This document shows, piece after piece, positions 28,538-36,029 of a stretch of 64,000 nucleotides of DNA. Under the pieces are notes generated by a model. The model was given only the letters and a program-made list of their open reading frames with translations, was not told where the DNA came from and did not search any database. Origin of the DNA: a virus (lineage: Duplodnaviria > Caudoviricetes); IMG/VR virus record IMGVR_UViG_3300029288_000080, positions 113,604 through 177,603 of that record, one strand, 5' to 3'. Position 1 is the first letter of the stretch, and each line of letters starts with the position of its first letter. The translations under genes were made by a program, and so were the position numbers.

Positions 28538-30658
28538 GTGCTGATCTCCACCGCCCAGCAGGCCGTGACCCGCCAGATGATCGAGGGGACCAACGGGCTC
28601 TTGATCCCCAGGGGCTTGGCATACCCGCTGGACCCATTTCTGCTTGGCACGGTACGACATGGTCGCAAGCTCGGGTTTGAATATGCGATGCTGGTCCCGG
28701 ATAATCGCTGGCGGCTTGCCGAGGATGCTGTCTACCTGACGGATCGCTTCATCCTGGACGACATTCCCCAGTGGCTGCGGCCAGGCGACTACATCTCGAT
28801 CGGGCTGCGCGAAATGCACCGGGTCGTAGACATTTCCGACGAGACCGTCATGTTGGCGACCCGGATCATGGCAGACCACGATGCCGGGACCTACGTGTAC
28901 CACTACTCGTCGATGGCCGAGGTCGAGGGGGCCTACCAGGTTGGCCAGACCAACATCAATGTGGATTTGCCGGTTGGCTGGTTCTGCGTCCCAGGAGACG
29001 TCATTTCCATCCTGTACGCCGCGGGCGACCTTTTCCCGTCGTTCGTCCACTACAACGTCGTGACCGCGAGTCTCGTGGGGTCCACGTCGGCAACGTCCCA
29101 GTGGTTCCTGACGCTAGATCAAGGGCTGCACCGTGCCCTTGCCGACGCGGAAGAAATCCAGCTCCGGGCTTACCCAGCGTATCAGTCCCGTGCCCTCAAG
29201 GTCCCGCAGGCCGGCGTTGCGCTGGTTGGAGTAGTGGGACCCTACCTGTTGGACTGGACATCGGTTCCCTTTCTGGACGGTCCGGAAGTCTATGAGCACC
29301 AGACCGTCCAGTACCTGGACGATACGTTGGTCCCGGTAGAATCCCCGTTTATGATCCAGAAAAACGCCGCCGTCATGGACGCGCCCATCCGGGCTGACCA
29401 GTTTTTCTTCTGGGACCTGGTAGCAGGAGACTTGAATTACGACGACACCCTCGGGAGGGTCTTGGGAAGCCGCGACGCTGCTGGTTGGTGGTGGATCAAA
29501 TCCACGATGGCGCCGGCCATGGAAATACCCGTCGTGGCCGCTGCCGGCATGATCATCACGGTGGCACCGGCCTCTCTGGTCGACAATGACTACTTCCTCT
29601 TGACCGACGACCTTGACACCCAAAGGATCGAATACCAGGTAACCGCAGGGTACGTCGCGACTGCCGAAACCCCAGCGACCGGTGCCATTACCGTCGGGGC
29701 CATCCCGGTGGATAACGACACCCTCGTGGTGGACAACGGGCTCGGCACTGTCGTGATTTTTGAGTTTCAGGCAACCGGGGCATTTATCTCGGCCAACGCT
29801 ACTTATCGAATCATCGACGTCCAAGCAGCAGCACTCCCGACCGACGTGGCCGTCGCGATCGAGACTGCCGTCATGGCGGTCAGGGCCGTCCTGGGGATCT
29901 CGGCCGTGAACGTCGGGCCAGTAGTCAACCTGACCCACGATACTGTGACGACCAGGGCCAACGTGCCCTTGGCTATCACGGGTGCTTGGTTAGGGGCTCC
30001 GCTTGCAGGGATGACCGGAGGTTCCCACGCGGTCGAAACCGTTGACGTGTCGTCGGCCTTGATTACCACGGCCATCCAGGTGGCAGCCCTGACCGCCGCA
30101 GCAGTCAACCGTTCTGGGCTCCACATCACGGCCCACGCTACCGCCACGGCCCCATCGATTGCTCTTGTTTCCACGGTCCCGGGGCCTGCTGGCAATCAGC
30201 CGATCCAGGAGTTTGTCCTGGCCCCTGGGTTCCTGGTGTCCGGGATGTCAGGAGGGTTTGGAGGACGTTCCTGGTCGTTCACGATTAAATCAGAATCGGC
30301 CGCGTTGCTGCGGGTCAGGTTCTACCCGAACGCCTGGCAGGATTTCAACCTCGTGGCCGCGGTCGACACTCCTGTGGCGGTCCAGTTGCTCGCGACAGAC
30401 CAACCGGTAGAACGGATCGACATTTTGGTCGCGAGTGTGCCACCTGCAGTTCCTGGTGGCGAAATCCAGATGACCGACTGGGGCGTCAGCCACGCAAGAA
30501 TCAGGGCTCTACGCCACACCTACGTGGCCCATGTGCAAGGTGGCCGTACTTTCGCCTGCACGGGTATGTGGGCCAAGCCAGTGTGGCGGTCGCTTGACGA
30601 TCTCAAACTTCCGATGAACGGCACCGGGGCGCTAAACTCCGGTTTCGCGATGGTGTAG
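28538..30658 (+). CDS. putative virion structural (baseplate/tail) protein
   Basis: About 700 aa, beta-rich, internal repeat (DNDYFLL.DD/DNDTLVVDN...GMTGG/GMSGG). Confidence 0.65.
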   Translation: MLISTAQQAVTRQMIEGTNGLLIPRGLAYPLDPFLLGTVRHGRKLGFEYAMLVPDNRWRLAEDAVYLTDRFILDDIPQWLRPGDYISIGLREMHRVVDISDETVMLATRIMADHDAGTYVYHYSSMAEVEGAYQVGQTNINVDLPVGWFCVPGDVISILYAAGDLFPSFVHYNVVTASLVGSTSATSQWFLTLDQGLHRALADAEEIQLRAYPAYQSRALKVPQAGVALVGVVGPYLLDWTSVPFLDGPEVYEHQTVQYLDDTLVPVESPFMIQKNAAVMDAPIRADQFFFWDLVAGDLNYDDTLGRVLGSRDAAGWWWIKSTMAPAMEIPVVAAAGMIITVAPASLVDNDYFLLTDDLDTQRIEYQVTAGYVATAETPATGAITVGAIPVDNDTLVVDNGLGTVVIFEFQATGAFISANATYRIIDVQAAALPTDVAVAIETAVMAVRAVLGISAVNVGPVVNLTHDTVTTRANVPLAITGAWLGAPLAGMTGGSHAVETVDVSSALITTAIQVAALTAAAVNRSGLHITAHATATAPSIALVSTVPGPAGNQPIQEFVLAPGFLVSGMSGGFGGRSWSFTIKSESAALLRVRFYPNAWQDFNLVAAVDTPVAVQLLATDQPVERIDILVASVPPAVPGGEIQMTDWGVSHARIRALRHTYVAHVQGGRTFACTGMWAKPVWRSLDDLKLPMNGTGALNSGFAMV

Positions 30659-30659
30659 C

Positions 30660-32852
30660 ATGGGTAGCATTCCAGCCCTCAATTATACGATCCGCCATTC
30701 CCTGGACCGACTCAAGCGGCAGCACCTCTACTACGAGGAGGAAATCCTCAAGACCCGCCAGCTCGTCTTTGGAATGCCCGGGATCGTCACGACCCCGAGT
30801 TACGGGATGGTTTCTGGCACGGATCCGGCCAGCCATGTAACCGGTTCCACTGACCCGTTGGTTGTCTCGGTCAACTCGGGGGTACCCACGACCGTAGACG
30901 TGAACCCCGGGACCCTGGTGTTTCGCTCGGGGGTCTGGATGGACCTCCACACCACAGTCCGACAGATTGCCTTGGCAGACCCGACCGTCGGGGTCGCCAA
31001 CGTCGTGTACGTGCAGTACCAGTTGGAAGATGCCCCGTTGTCGCTCAACGACGCCAACCAGTTGGTCGTGCCCCACACGATGCGGATCGGCGGCACCATT
31101 GATACGTCTACCCTGCCCGAATCCATCCTGGTGGCCTGCACGACCGTCACGGGCTACCTGGCGTTCTCGACCGCGACCCTTGACGACGTCGTGCCCATCG
31201 CGATCATCACGAACCAGCAGACGTCGGGCGGAACCATTGCGATTTCGATTGACCACACCCGAGAATCCTACACGTGGAATCGTCCGTGGTTCAGTGTCCA
31301 GGACGTGGAACACCGCGGCCATGTGGGCTCCGGGACCGTCACGGACACCAACATCCATGGCGTGGGTGTGCCAGACCTGACTGTTGGCGATTTTTCCATG
31401 ATGCAGTTGCTCCTGGACTACGGGATGGTCGTGGCCGATGACCGTGACACCCCGAAGGTTCCTGGATACCGCTGCACCGTAGAAATGGCAGCACCCTTCC
31501 TTGGACCCGATGACCTCGTTGGAACCGCCACGGGCTACCCTGGCGCCATGTATTACGAACTTCCTGACTACCCCGTGGCAGTAGGACAATGCTGGCGAGC
31601 CTCCACGCTGGAGGTATTTCCGGCACTTCATGTCGTCGGGACCAACCGGGTGGTATTCCCGTACGAAGCACCTCCCGGTGGCGACACCCTCTGGATCAAC
31701 TACAACAGGGTACCGGCTTGCGAGCCACCGGTCAACGGCACCACGACCTTTCGGTCCAATAATCCGTCAACCGGCGAGGTAGTGATTGCAGGCGGTGCAA
31801 CGTTCACGAGTCTGGTCAACGTTGAAGAAACAATGGGTGACGCCTACCTGTTTCCTCAGCAGTACGACTTTTTTGTTGACGGCACCGGGGCGCTGCTCAA
31901 AACCCCCCAGGTGGTTTTCTGTTGGAAACGTCTGGATGATATCGGGGCTTCAATAGTCCCGACGATCACGCAATATGGTCCTGGTCGGATCATGGTGGGG
32001 TTGTCGGGTGCTGCCGTGGGTTTCGGCACCATCCAGGTATCTATCGTAGGGATCGACACCACCGGGGCCACCATCACGGATGTCTTGACTTTCACGGGTG
32101 GCACCTGGACCGACCCCGGTCCGCCTGGCACCACCACGATTGTGCCTGGAGCGTGTCAGGTTACCCCCAGGGTATTTGCGTCGGTCACGAACATTCAGGT
32201 ATCCGACATTCCGCCCGGTCATGGTCCCAACGCCGGCATCATGGCCTGGAGCCTCCAGACCCCCACGAGCAACTATGACAAAATGAAAGACGCGATGCAC
32301 GTCGCGTCTGCCACTTGGAACGGCTACTCTTTCTCCAACCTGTTGGACCGCAGGATCATATCCACCACTGTAAAGCCCGAATCCAACGAGATGGACCGCC
32401 AGCAGGACGCCTTGGCGTTCATGCTGCACGCCGGTGGTAACTCCACCGTTTACTGCGAAGACCTTCGTAGGCCCAGATACAACTCGCTTGTGGACCCAGA
32501 TGATGTCTACGCTGGTGGCCTCAACTCTAACCAGCATTACCCACTGTTCCAAACTGGCAAATGGGCAGTTGGGTCTGTCGGTAACTACCAGTCAATTGCA
32601 TTCCCAGTCGACAATACCGTTGCCGGGCTCGCTTGGCGAGTGTCACTACTGCGAGATGCTCGGCGTACACCCGTAGGCTGGAATCCCACTCCTCTATTTA
32701 TCGCGTATTATGGTGGTTTTTGGCATCCTTTTGTCATGACCGTGGTGGCTGGTTTGCCCGATACTTACGAATGTGTAGTGGGCGGGGTTCCGTCCAGATG
32801 TGTCTTGTACCTCCTCAACATCACGGCCAATGGTTACGTTCTCTACGGTTAA
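30660..32852 (+). CDS. putative virion structural (baseplate) protein
   Basis: 730 aa, within the structural operon; HRGHVGSGTVTDTNIHG motif. Confidence 0.65.
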   Translation: MGSIPALNYTIRHSLDRLKRQHLYYEEEILKTRQLVFGMPGIVTTPSYGMVSGTDPASHVTGSTDPLVVSVNSGVPTTVDVNPGTLVFRSGVWMDLHTTVRQIALADPTVGVANVVYVQYQLEDAPLSLNDANQLVVPHTMRIGGTIDTSTLPESILVACTTVTGYLAFSTATLDDVVPIAIITNQQTSGGTIAISIDHTRESYTWNRPWFSVQDVEHRGHVGSGTVTDTNIHGVGVPDLTVGDFSMMQLLLDYGMVVADDRDTPKVPGYRCTVEMAAPFLGPDDLVGTATGYPGAMYYELPDYPVAVGQCWRASTLEVFPALHVVGTNRVVFPYEAPPGGDTLWINYNRVPACEPPVNGTTTFRSNNPSTGEVVIAGGATFTSLVNVEETMGDAYLFPQQYDFFVDGTGALLKTPQVVFCWKRLDDIGASIVPTITQYGPGRIMVGLSGAAVGFGTIQVSIVGIDTTGATITDVLTFTGGTWTDPGPPGTTTIVPGACQVTPRVFASVTNIQVSDIPPGHGPNAGIMAWSLQTPTSNYDKMKDAMHVASATWNGYSFSNLLDRRIISTTVKPESNEMDRQQDALAFMLHAGGNSTVYCEDLRRPRYNSLVDPDDVYAGGLNSNQHYPLFQTGKWAVGSVGNYQSIAFPVDNTVAGLAWRVSLLRDARRTPVGWNPTPLFIAYYGGFWHPFVMTVVAGLPDTYECVVGGVPSRCVLYLLNITANGYVLYG

Positions 32853-32861
32853 GGACTAACG

Positions 32862-33773
32862 ATGTCCAAACAGCTACGCTATTGGGATTACGGCCGGGTT
32901 TACGATAACCTGGATTTCACCTCTGCCCAGTACACCATCCACCTGGCTGGTCCATACCGCGGCTTTGCCCTGTCGGCCAGCCTGACCGGGAACCTGGAGA
33001 TCGCGGCGGGTTCGGGGGTGCTGCATGACGGCTTCGTCTGGTCCGAGGACGATGTCACACCCGTGACGTTCGTGCCTCAAGTTGCCGCGGCGGTCTGGAC
33101 CGTGGTCGCGACCCATGTGAATCGCCAGATTTTCGGCGGTGAGCCGGTCCTATACGAGTTGCGCCTGGGCTATTTCGGTACCGTGGTGGACGGGGCTGTC
33201 CTGGGTTGGATCCTGTACCCCGGGGCCAACGCGGTCCTGACCACAGCGATGTGCAGGACGGCCCCGAGCCTCCTGAGCCAAGCCAACCTGTACGCCTCGA
33301 TGCTGCCGGACGAACGGTTGCCTCCATTCAACGACCAGAATGGGTGCTTCACCCAGACGGTCGACCCTGACGTGACCCTGACGTCCCTGGCGTTCGACGC
33401 AGGATTTTTCGTGGTCAACCAGACCGCCGCCCACGCGGTCCCGGGGCCTCCTGGCACCTCCGAGGTCATCCAGCATGTCCAGTTCTACGCGGGGACGCGC
33501 CCGGCCTTTATCCGGTTGTACCTGGACGTCCCTGGGGCCGCCAGTACCGACGTGACCGTCGAGGTCTACGATACCGCCTTGGCCCCGGTGGCCTGTACCG
33601 GTGGAGTCATCAGCAACACAGTCGGGTGGGAGGAACACGTCGTCACGGTGGACCCCACGGCCGGGACCTTCACGGTCGGGATGCCCTGGACCATCCGGGT
33701 GACCCAGACGATGGACCCGGGCCTGACCATCAGGATCGCGCGGATCCGCTGCGAGTTCTGGCCCTTCCCGTAG
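32862..33773 (+). CDS. putative virion structural protein
   Basis: AAGGA RBS, beta-rich, 303 aa. Confidence 0.65.
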   Translation: MSKQLRYWDYGRVYDNLDFTSAQYTIHLAGPYRGFALSASLTGNLEIAAGSGVLHDGFVWSEDDVTPVTFVPQVAAAVWTVVATHVNRQIFGGEPVLYELRLGYFGTVVDGAVLGWILYPGANAVLTTAMCRTAPSLLSQANLYASMLPDERLPPFNDQNGCFTQTVDPDVTLTSLAFDAGFFVVNQTAAHAVPGPPGTSEVIQHVQFYAGTRPAFIRLYLDVPGAASTDVTVEVYDTALAPVACTGGVISNTVGWEEHVVTVDPTAGTFTVGMPWTIRVTQTMDPGLTIRIARIRCEFWPFP

Positions 33774-33780
33774 GCGCAAC

Positions 33781-34248
33781 ATGCGAACCTTAGTTAAGTT
33801 CTACCAGAATTTCACCGAGACCTCGACCAACCGGCTCGTGACCCGTACCCTGGGTAAGCTCGGGGTTGTGGACCGCGAATCCTTGGTGGCGGCCCGGACC
33901 AAACCCAGTCCCGGAGATTGGTGGTACTGTGACATCGTCCAGGAAGTCTGTGCCGGGGCTGACCGCGGGGTGTTTGTCCTGCGGCCGGTGTCAAAACTGC
34001 CGGTCCTGGAACAAGACGGGTTCTCAACCGTTGATATCCTTCACCTGGTTCCGGGGTTGTACACGAGCCAGCGGTGTCAGAACGTCATGCTGTTGCACCC
34101 CAAGCGTCCTGACCGCCACTGGATTGCCTCGAGCGATCTGCGACGCCACATTGTAGACCGCCATATGCTCCCGGGGGGCCGCTACGGGATCAACTCGGTC
34201 GTGGTGGTGTTTGACGGGGCCGACGACTGGCCCAAGAAGTACTCCTGA
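33781..34248 (+). CDS. hypothetical protein
   Basis: Operon packing, 155 aa. Confidence 0.65.
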   Translation: MRTLVKFYQNFTETSTNRLVTRTLGKLGVVDRESLVAARTKPSPGDWWYCDIVQEVCAGADRGVFVLRPVSKLPVLEQDGFSTVDILHLVPGLYTSQRCQNVMLLHPKRPDRHWIASSDLRRHIVDRHMLPGGRYGINSVVVVFDGADDWPKKYS

Positions 34249-34580
34249 TGGGCAGTTGTTGTCGAGGCCGCGGGGCCACCAGGTCCGCAGGGGCACCCCA
34301 GCACCCCGACTGCCGAGACGTGGAGCAGGCCGGGGCCCTCATGATGGTGTATCCCATCTCCACCCCCCAGGGGATGCGCCTGGTCCTCAAGACGGCCCGG
34401 CACGGCCTTGTCGATATCGGGTCATACGCTGTTGCACTTCAATGCGGCGGTTCTACGGTTCAACTGCTCCGCCGCTACGCCCCAGATCTACAGAAACTCG
34501 CCGCTACCCAACCGATCAAGTTCGCCCCGTGGGTCGGGAAGGGTCTTAGCCTGTCCGATGCAGTCGCGATGCTCCGATAA
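34248..34580 (+). CDS. hypothetical protein
   Basis: TGATG coupling, 110 aa. Confidence 0.6.
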   Translation: MGSCCRGRGATRSAGAPQHPDCRDVEQAGALMMVYPISTPQGMRLVLKTARHGLVDIGSYAVALQCGGSTVQLLRRYAPDLQKLAATQPIKFAPWVGKGLSLSDAVAMLR

Positions 34581-34586
34581 TCCCTC

Positions 34587-34615
34587 TTGACACCATGGCC
34601 TTGATCCGGTAAAAC
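34587..34615 (+). promoter_or_regulatory. sigma70-like promoter for a short non-coding transcript
   Basis: TTGACA-N17-TAAAAC. Confidence 0.65.
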
Positions 34616-34621
34616 CATCTT

Positions 34622-34710
34622 GCGGCCAGGCCCACCATCAAAGTTTCCTTCGGGAGCAGGTGGGCTACGTCGTCACCCCAAAACCCGCCTTGTGGCGGGT
34701 TTTGTGTTTC
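34622..34710 (+). ncRNA. candidate structured small RNA
   Basis: Nested stems capped by C(UUCG)G, between a promoter and a terminator; no RBS or ATG. Confidence 0.55.
34679..34710 (+). terminator. intrinsic terminator (probably bidirectional)
   Basis: CAAAACCCGCC-TTGT-GGCGGGTTTTG followed by TGTTTC. Confidence 0.85.
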
Positions 34711-34753
34711 TGGCTTTAATATCAGCCAACAAAGCGAAGCCGAAAATAAAATG

Positions 34754-34782
34754 TTGACAAGCGCAAACACCTGAGCCATAAT
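34754..34782 (+). promoter_or_regulatory. sigma70-like promoter (leaderless geometry)
   Basis: TTGACA-N17-CATAAT, ATG 6 nt downstream. Confidence 0.75.
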
Positions 34783-34788
34783 ATCCAT

Positions 34789-35061
34789 ATGACAACCCAA
34801 CGATTACTTTTCGTCGATAAGTGGGTTTCTTTTCCCGGTGGCTGTGTGGTGATGCCCCTGGCCGAGAAGCCTTCAACTGTATGGACTTTACTGGCCTACA
34901 CCGATCTCAGTCATCCGCCTACGCTACCGTGCCGATTAACCAGGGCCGACGGTGCGATGTATGAAGAAGAAGCGTACGACTGGTGTTGGACAGACGGCAA
35001 GTTCCGCTACTTCAGTCATGCTGGCAACGGGCCCGTGTGGCTCCTGCTCGAGTACAAGTGA
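34789..35061 (+). CDS. hypothetical protein
   Basis: 90 aa, directly after a promoter. Confidence 0.65.
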   Translation: MTTQRLLFVDKWVSFPGGCVVMPLAEKPSTVWTLLAYTDLSHPPTLPCRLTRADGAMYEEEAYDWCWTDGKFRYFSHAGNGPVWLLLEYK

Positions 35062-35816
35062 TGGCCAGGTTGATCTGCATCGGTGACGTCCACGGTCACC
35101 TGGACGAACTCAACGCACTCCTGCTTCAGGTGCAGGTACGGCCAGGAGATCGTCTGGTGTTCTTGGGCGACCTGGTGGACCGTGGCCCCGACTCCCCCGG
35201 GGTGGTTCGACGAGTCCGGGGACTCCTCCACACTTTTCCTGGTTCCACAGCCCTGTTGGGCAACCACGAGAGTCAACTGGTGCAACTGGCCAAGCGGTCT
35301 AATTGCGACCAGTGGATCCACGACCTCACCGATGAGGAGTTCCATTGGCTCACGGGGCTCCCGGTGTTCACACGGGACCCTGAGCGCAGCATCCTGATGG
35401 TCCACGGGGGTCTCTACCCCAGGTACTTCGCACACTACCCCGCGGGTGTCCCGGTCGATTGGGAAGCAGTCGCGGCACTGCCCCGCAAACAGCGCGAACG
35501 GATCCACCGATTTTGTCGCGTCCGCTACTGCGACCCCGATGGCGATGTCGTAGCCCTTGGAGAAGAAACCACCGAGGACCACTTCTGGGCCGACCTGTAC
35601 GACGGCCGCGAGGGTTTCGTGGTGTTCGGCCACGAGCCCTACCGGGATGCTCCTCGCCGATTTCCCCATGCCCTCGGGATCGACGGGGTGTTCGAGATTT
35701 TGGCGGCCGTGTGGGACCAGGGCCCCGATCCGGTCATCTTCCGGCAGCCGACCATCACGGCCACGACCGCAGCAGTAGTCCGGATGCTCGCCAACCTGGG
35801 GGTCAAGATCAAATGA
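35061..35816 (+). CDS. calcineurin-like metallophosphoesterase (ApaH/PrpA/PNKP-phosphatase-like)
   Basis: GDVHG, GDLVDRG, GNHE, VHGG, FGH motifs. Confidence 0.92.
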   Translation: MARLICIGDVHGHLDELNALLLQVQVRPGDRLVFLGDLVDRGPDSPGVVRRVRGLLHTFPGSTALLGNHESQLVQLAKRSNCDQWIHDLTDEEFHWLTGLPVFTRDPERSILMVHGGLYPRYFAHYPAGVPVDWEAVAALPRKQRERIHRFCRVRYCDPDGDVVALGEETTEDHFWADLYDGREGFVVFGHEPYRDAPRRFPHALGIDGVFEILAAVWDQGPDPVIFRQPTITATTAAVVRMLANLGVKIK

Positions 35817-35995
35817 GCCAAGAAATCACCCCGGCCCGCCCGATCGACGCGTATTGCGCGGGGATCCCGGCGCTCGGCACCACCCTAACCCTGGCTTACC
35901 TGGGGTACGGGCTGCCCCAGTTACTCCTCGGGGTCGTGTTGTCCAGCCTCGCGGGCCTTGGGGTCTCGGAATTTCTACTGCACTGGCGAGACTGA
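35813..35995 (+). CDS. small membrane protein
   Basis: Two hydrophobic segments, ATGA overlap. Confidence 0.5.
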   Translation: MSQEITPARPIDAYCAGIPALGTTLTLAYLGYGLPQLLLGVVLSSLAGLGVSEFLLHWRD

Positions 35996-36029
35996 CCCAC
36001 GGCAGCCCGCACCTCGGTAAAACCGAGGT

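Noticed and set aside
34622-34675. SRP (4.5S) RNA or tRNA identity for the small RNA
   Set aside because: AGCAG is present, but the CAGG...GNRA domain IV layout and a cloverleaf/TTCGA arm are absent
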